This document shows positions 61,801 through 64,000 of a DNA stretch of 64,000 nt, in pieces. Made by a program: the position numbers and the translations under genes. Numbering within the stretch: position 1 is the first letter of the stretch; the number at the start of each line of letters is the position of its first letter. Source of the DNA: Nitrosopumilus sp. (GTDB taxonomy: Archaea > Thermoproteota > Nitrososphaeria > Nitrososphaerales > Nitrosopumilaceae); contig OZ243974.1 in NCBI GenBank assembly GCA_965214775.1, forward strand, positions 480,001-544,000, given 5' to 3'. The notes beneath the pieces are model-generated. The model searched no databases. It had not been told where the DNA came from and saw only the letters and a list, made by a program, of their open reading frames with translations.

Positions 61801-61895
61801 TGACCGAAGAAGATGAACTAAACCGTTTGTTTTATCACATATTTGGCTTGACAGATGATGAAATCAGAATGATAGAGAGTTCAACTCCGTCTTAA
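58851..61895 (+). CDS. Eco57I/Type IIG-like N6-adenine DNA methyltransferase with C-terminal TRD
   Basis: GSYYTP, VLDPAMGSGHF, YGVDLN, GNPPY; ATGACTGA overlap with the helicase stop. Confidence 0.92.
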   Translation: MTDKKLESLAYRLRDLTSLRDLFSELNFDFEDKPVNKDSWKQDQKDKVTEARVIASKNNYQICYIRTNTNSLKDWKGISSRIIKDNSGLCMVCSHNPDGFKWVFSSLSKNFSQSFSETRHVPIDITGDSGVPKTFIDFLEALKIKGKSTTTSITTQISNAFDSFAVQIHDELTVNVFEALKILSEGIILDESNEMQLDEQLLEEIREPVFILLYRIIFVLYADDRGIFPIDNSTYHDEFSLKWIKHEWLLKGQDPKKIDEYGVQERLWRLFRLIEYGSEDLGYNPDKLFMKPYYGRLFDRQIHSRLEKYKIKNQYLLEAIGLLTRTRDKKGNYFFLDYSALETRHLGSIYERLLEYHLTVKDKKIAELPNPKDRKASGSYYTPQYIVDYIVENTVGPLIDHIIKTTAEPDEQVEKILDLNVLDPAMGSGHFLVGVTDYIARRICEIEFTGEIPEQVFVERKRDVARRCIYGVDLNPLAVDLAHVSLWLETLSSEKPLSFLSAHLKTGNSLVGANIDDIFAKQTTLMESAKGRTQFKKTVRDFIMLEQLEDDTAAAVKTKMAKYKKIQSKGTIYYQLKFLLDAKVAKNFGVEVPPLGDYVAKIGENSLDFFAEGSTWPEVKRVAEKHSFFHWDLEFPDIFHNDDGKRKKNPGFDAVVGNPPYGAKISKHEQKYYKERFSKVGSTDTAQLMMRASFDLLSKFGINGFIVPKALTFASNWKKIRMHLMTNLSTLIDCKKVWKDVKLEQVIYIYQNSHTRESYLTGSRIKHDLIAITKIDKNECTMFEFLISGLERNEITVGQKIHAKSEKLGKYITNNRGCMLQNKIRENGEVKVIGGAQIQRYYITKELKGYLNARDINDNKAYIQKNSILAQNIVAHVENPVDHLKITATIPHNARFIVLDTINQITVNMIDPYYILGFLNSKILNWYVYRFIFAKAIRTMHFDSTVTDRIPIIIDKKEQVIKRVKNLIRLHTKPSTLQRDKDILTEEDELNRLFYHIFGLTDDEIRMIESSTPS
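60636..60829. repeat. 194-bp perfect inverted repeat, right copy (inside the methyltransferase)
   Basis: Exact reverse complement of 52145-52338. Confidence 0.97.
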
Positions 61896-62306
61896 TTGAC
61901 ATGGTTAATACTCAGATGTCACACCACACAGCTTTGGCCAGCAATATGCATCGACATCCCGGATAATTGAACTGCAAAAGTTAGCACTTCAAGATCTTGG
62001 TGAAAATGTCCATCCAATAGGCCCAGTAATCTTGACAGATCATGCAGATCTGAAAGTATGAAGTCACGTCACTTACTGGCTAGACATCTAGTTAAAACAT
62101 CCGTCCACAACACGGTGATGATCCTTGCTTCTAATCCGTGCCGAATCAGACTGACCGTACTTTATAACTAACGTTGGCAATCAAGCAAATTCATGCCTAG
62201 TTGGTAAGGGGAAGCGATCACATATGCCTACGACCACCCGATCCGTAGCACCGCCTACGACCACCCGAATAAGTAGCAGAGCTTTGATCCATAATCTTAA
62301 AATATG

Positions 62307-62328
62307 TCACTAGTGATATCGCTAGTGA
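62307..62328. promoter_or_regulatory. Near-perfect 22-bp palindrome at the PadR start (candidate operator)
   Basis: tcactagtgatatcgctagtga, just downstream of a TTAAAATA box. Confidence 0.4.
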
Positions 62329-62837
62329 TGATTTCTGAATGGTTCCAAAGAGTCGGAAGTTCAGTTCCAAGAGGATTTTCCAGATATTTCATTTTGGAAC
62401 TATTGAAAAAGAAATCACATTCAGGAAAAGAGATCATAGACTATGCCGCAGAACAAAGTAACGGAATCTGGAAGCCGTCACCGGGATTGATCTATCCGCT
62501 ATTGGGAAGGCTGCTTGATGAAGGATTGATTGAGGAGGACTCGGACAGAAAATATCAACTAACCAAGAAAGGAAGGAAGACTGCAGAAGATGTCGGCAAA
62601 GTAAATGATATTGTAAAAAATCAACTAGATGTTCTCTTCAGACTAGGCAATGTGGGAAGGTTTGTCGCAATGGATCTAATTGAAAAGATCTCCTCGATGG
62701 GTGCAATCCTAAGTTCAAACATAAGCAACATGACTGGACATGAGACAAAAAAATACAAAGACTTCCTAGAGTCCGAATTAAAGAAGATTCAGGGAAAGAA
62801 AGTCAAAGCAAAAGGCAGGCAAATAAAGATCGACTAA
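62328..62837 (+). CDS. PadR-family transcriptional regulator
   Basis: WKPSPGLIYPLLGRL..EGLI...YQLTKKG. Confidence 0.9.
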   Translation: MISEWFQRVGSSVPRGFSRYFILELLKKKSHSGKEIIDYAAEQSNGIWKPSPGLIYPLLGRLLDEGLIEEDSDRKYQLTKKGRKTAEDVGKVNDIVKNQLDVLFRLGNVGRFVAMDLIEKISSMGAILSSNISNMTGHETKKYKDFLESELKKIQGKKVKAKGRQIKID

Positions 62838-62865
62838 CAGCAGTTTGGAAAAAACAACACATATC

Positions 62866-62976
62866 GTAACAGGTCGGGCTCTGAAAGCTGTTCCTGATTT
62901 TAGGCACGAATCTACACGGGAGACCTCCCCGAGATAACAAAACTCGCACTTGAACTTCCAGAGCCCGACCTGTTAC
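62866..62976. mobile_element. 111-bp MITE, IS66-like ends, 8-bp TSD
   Basis: gtaacaggtcgggctctg / cagagcccgacctgttac; cacatatc at 62858-62865 and 62977-62984. Confidence 0.85.
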
Positions 62977-63048
62977 CACATATCTCTCCCTCTCTCCCCC
63001 CCCAAGTCTTAAAATCATAAATAACTAATCCAGTCATGGAAAAGCAGA

Positions 63049-63912
63049 ATGAGAAATTTAAAAAAAATGCTGAGAACAGGAAAGCCCCTAGTCATACCCG
63101 GAGTCTATGATGCCTTGGGGGCAAAAATTGCTCAAAAAGTAGGCTTTGAGGCAATGTTTCAGACAGGATACGGGACTTCGGCTGCATTATTTGGAATGCC
63201 AGACTATGGGTTTGTCGGGGCAGCAGAAACTGTGGATAATGCAAGACGAATTTGCAGGGCAGTCTCAGTTCCAGTAATTGTAGATTCAGATACAGGATAC
63301 GGAAATGCCCTTGGTGTTTGGAAGCTAGTCAAGGAATTGGAGTCTGCAGGCGCATCAGGAATGTTTTTAGAAGATCAAAGGTGGCCAAAAAGATGCGGAC
63401 ACATGCAAGGAAAAGAGGTAGTATCTCAAGAAGAATATACGGAAAAATTATCCGCCGCAATTGATGCGCGAGAAAGCAAGGACTTCATTGTTGTTGCAAG
63501 AACCGATGCAAGAGCTACTGAGGGATTGGATGCAGCAATTGAAAGGGGAAGGCAAAATAAAAAGACAGGTGCAGATGCAGTCTTTGTCGAAGCGCCAAGG
63601 TCAATCGAGGAGATGAAAAAAATCGGAAGGGAGATCAACGCGCCGCTTGTTGCAAACATGATCGAGGGAGGGGCAACACCGTTGAGTTCCGCAGAAACTC
63701 TAAACAAGATGGGTTTCAAGATAATTCTCTATCCGTTGTCAGTGCTATATGCAAATACATTTGCAACAATGAGCATACTTGCAGAGTTAAAAAAATCCGG
63801 AACGACAACGAAATCCAGGCAAAAGGTTGTAAATTTTGATCAGTTCAATGATCTTGTAGAGTTGCCAAGGTTTAGAAAAATGGAAGAAAAGTACGGATCC
63901 TCGAAAATATAG
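63049..63912 (+). CDS. Isocitrate lyase/PEP mutase family protein (methylisocitrate-lyase-like)
   Basis: DSDTGYG, EDQ..PKRCGH, VARTDA. Confidence 0.9.
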   Translation: MRNLKKMLRTGKPLVIPGVYDALGAKIAQKVGFEAMFQTGYGTSAALFGMPDYGFVGAAETVDNARRICRAVSVPVIVDSDTGYGNALGVWKLVKELESAGASGMFLEDQRWPKRCGHMQGKEVVSQEEYTEKLSAAIDARESKDFIVVARTDARATEGLDAAIERGRQNKKTGADAVFVEAPRSIEEMKKIGREINAPLVANMIEGGATPLSSAETLNKMGFKIILYPLSVLYANTFATMSILAELKKSGTTTKSRQKVVNFDQFNDLVELPRFRKMEEKYGSSKI

Positions 63913-64000
63913 TGAATGAGTAAATAAAAAATTTCAAGTAAAGTGCAGTTATGCTGCGTTTCTCTTTACTTCAATTTCTATTGTTGAAACATTTCTGGTT

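Noticed and set aside
55607-61895. Canonical DISARM or BREX call
   Set aside because: No recognisable DrmA/DrmB, PglZ or BrxC genes
62226-62278. Short tandem duplication gcctacgaccacccga x2
   Set aside because: Only two short copies and no other support for function

Overview
This looks like an archaeal genome segment, most likely Nitrososphaeria/Nitrosopumilaceae (Thaumarchaeota), judged from gene style, tRNA-Pro, argH, sdhABCD, PadR and a PEP-mutase-family gene. About two thirds of the window is accessory DNA, and two systems stand out. (1) 50770-61895: a PLD-SNF2 helicase plus Eco57I-like adenine methyltransferase locus. A perfect 194-bp inverted repeat (52145-52338 / 60636-60829) ends at the NPPY motif and brackets an 8.3-kb segment with its own tyrosine recombinase, a GHKL/MORC ATPase and a DUF1016-like gene. 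Inversion would swap the methyltransferase C-terminal target-recognition half, so this is a candidate phase-variable restriction-modification system in an archaeon. (2) 1805-36410: a ~34.6-kb element with a tyrosine integrase at its left end that appears to have integrated into an IS481 transposase gene. The two IS halves (1580-1811 and 36404-37237) share a 7-bp core, and joining them restores an uninterrupted 317-aa transposase. Its cargo includes a pilin/surface-protein operon, two homologous overlapping gene pairs resembling toxin-immunity modules, a HEPN protein, an Avs-like nuclease-STAND protein and several IS. The window also carries AbiE-like and HicBA toxin-antitoxin pairs, IS481/IS630/IS5/IS6 elements and at least five MITE-like repeat families. 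All calls come from reading the sequence by eye; no database searches were run.
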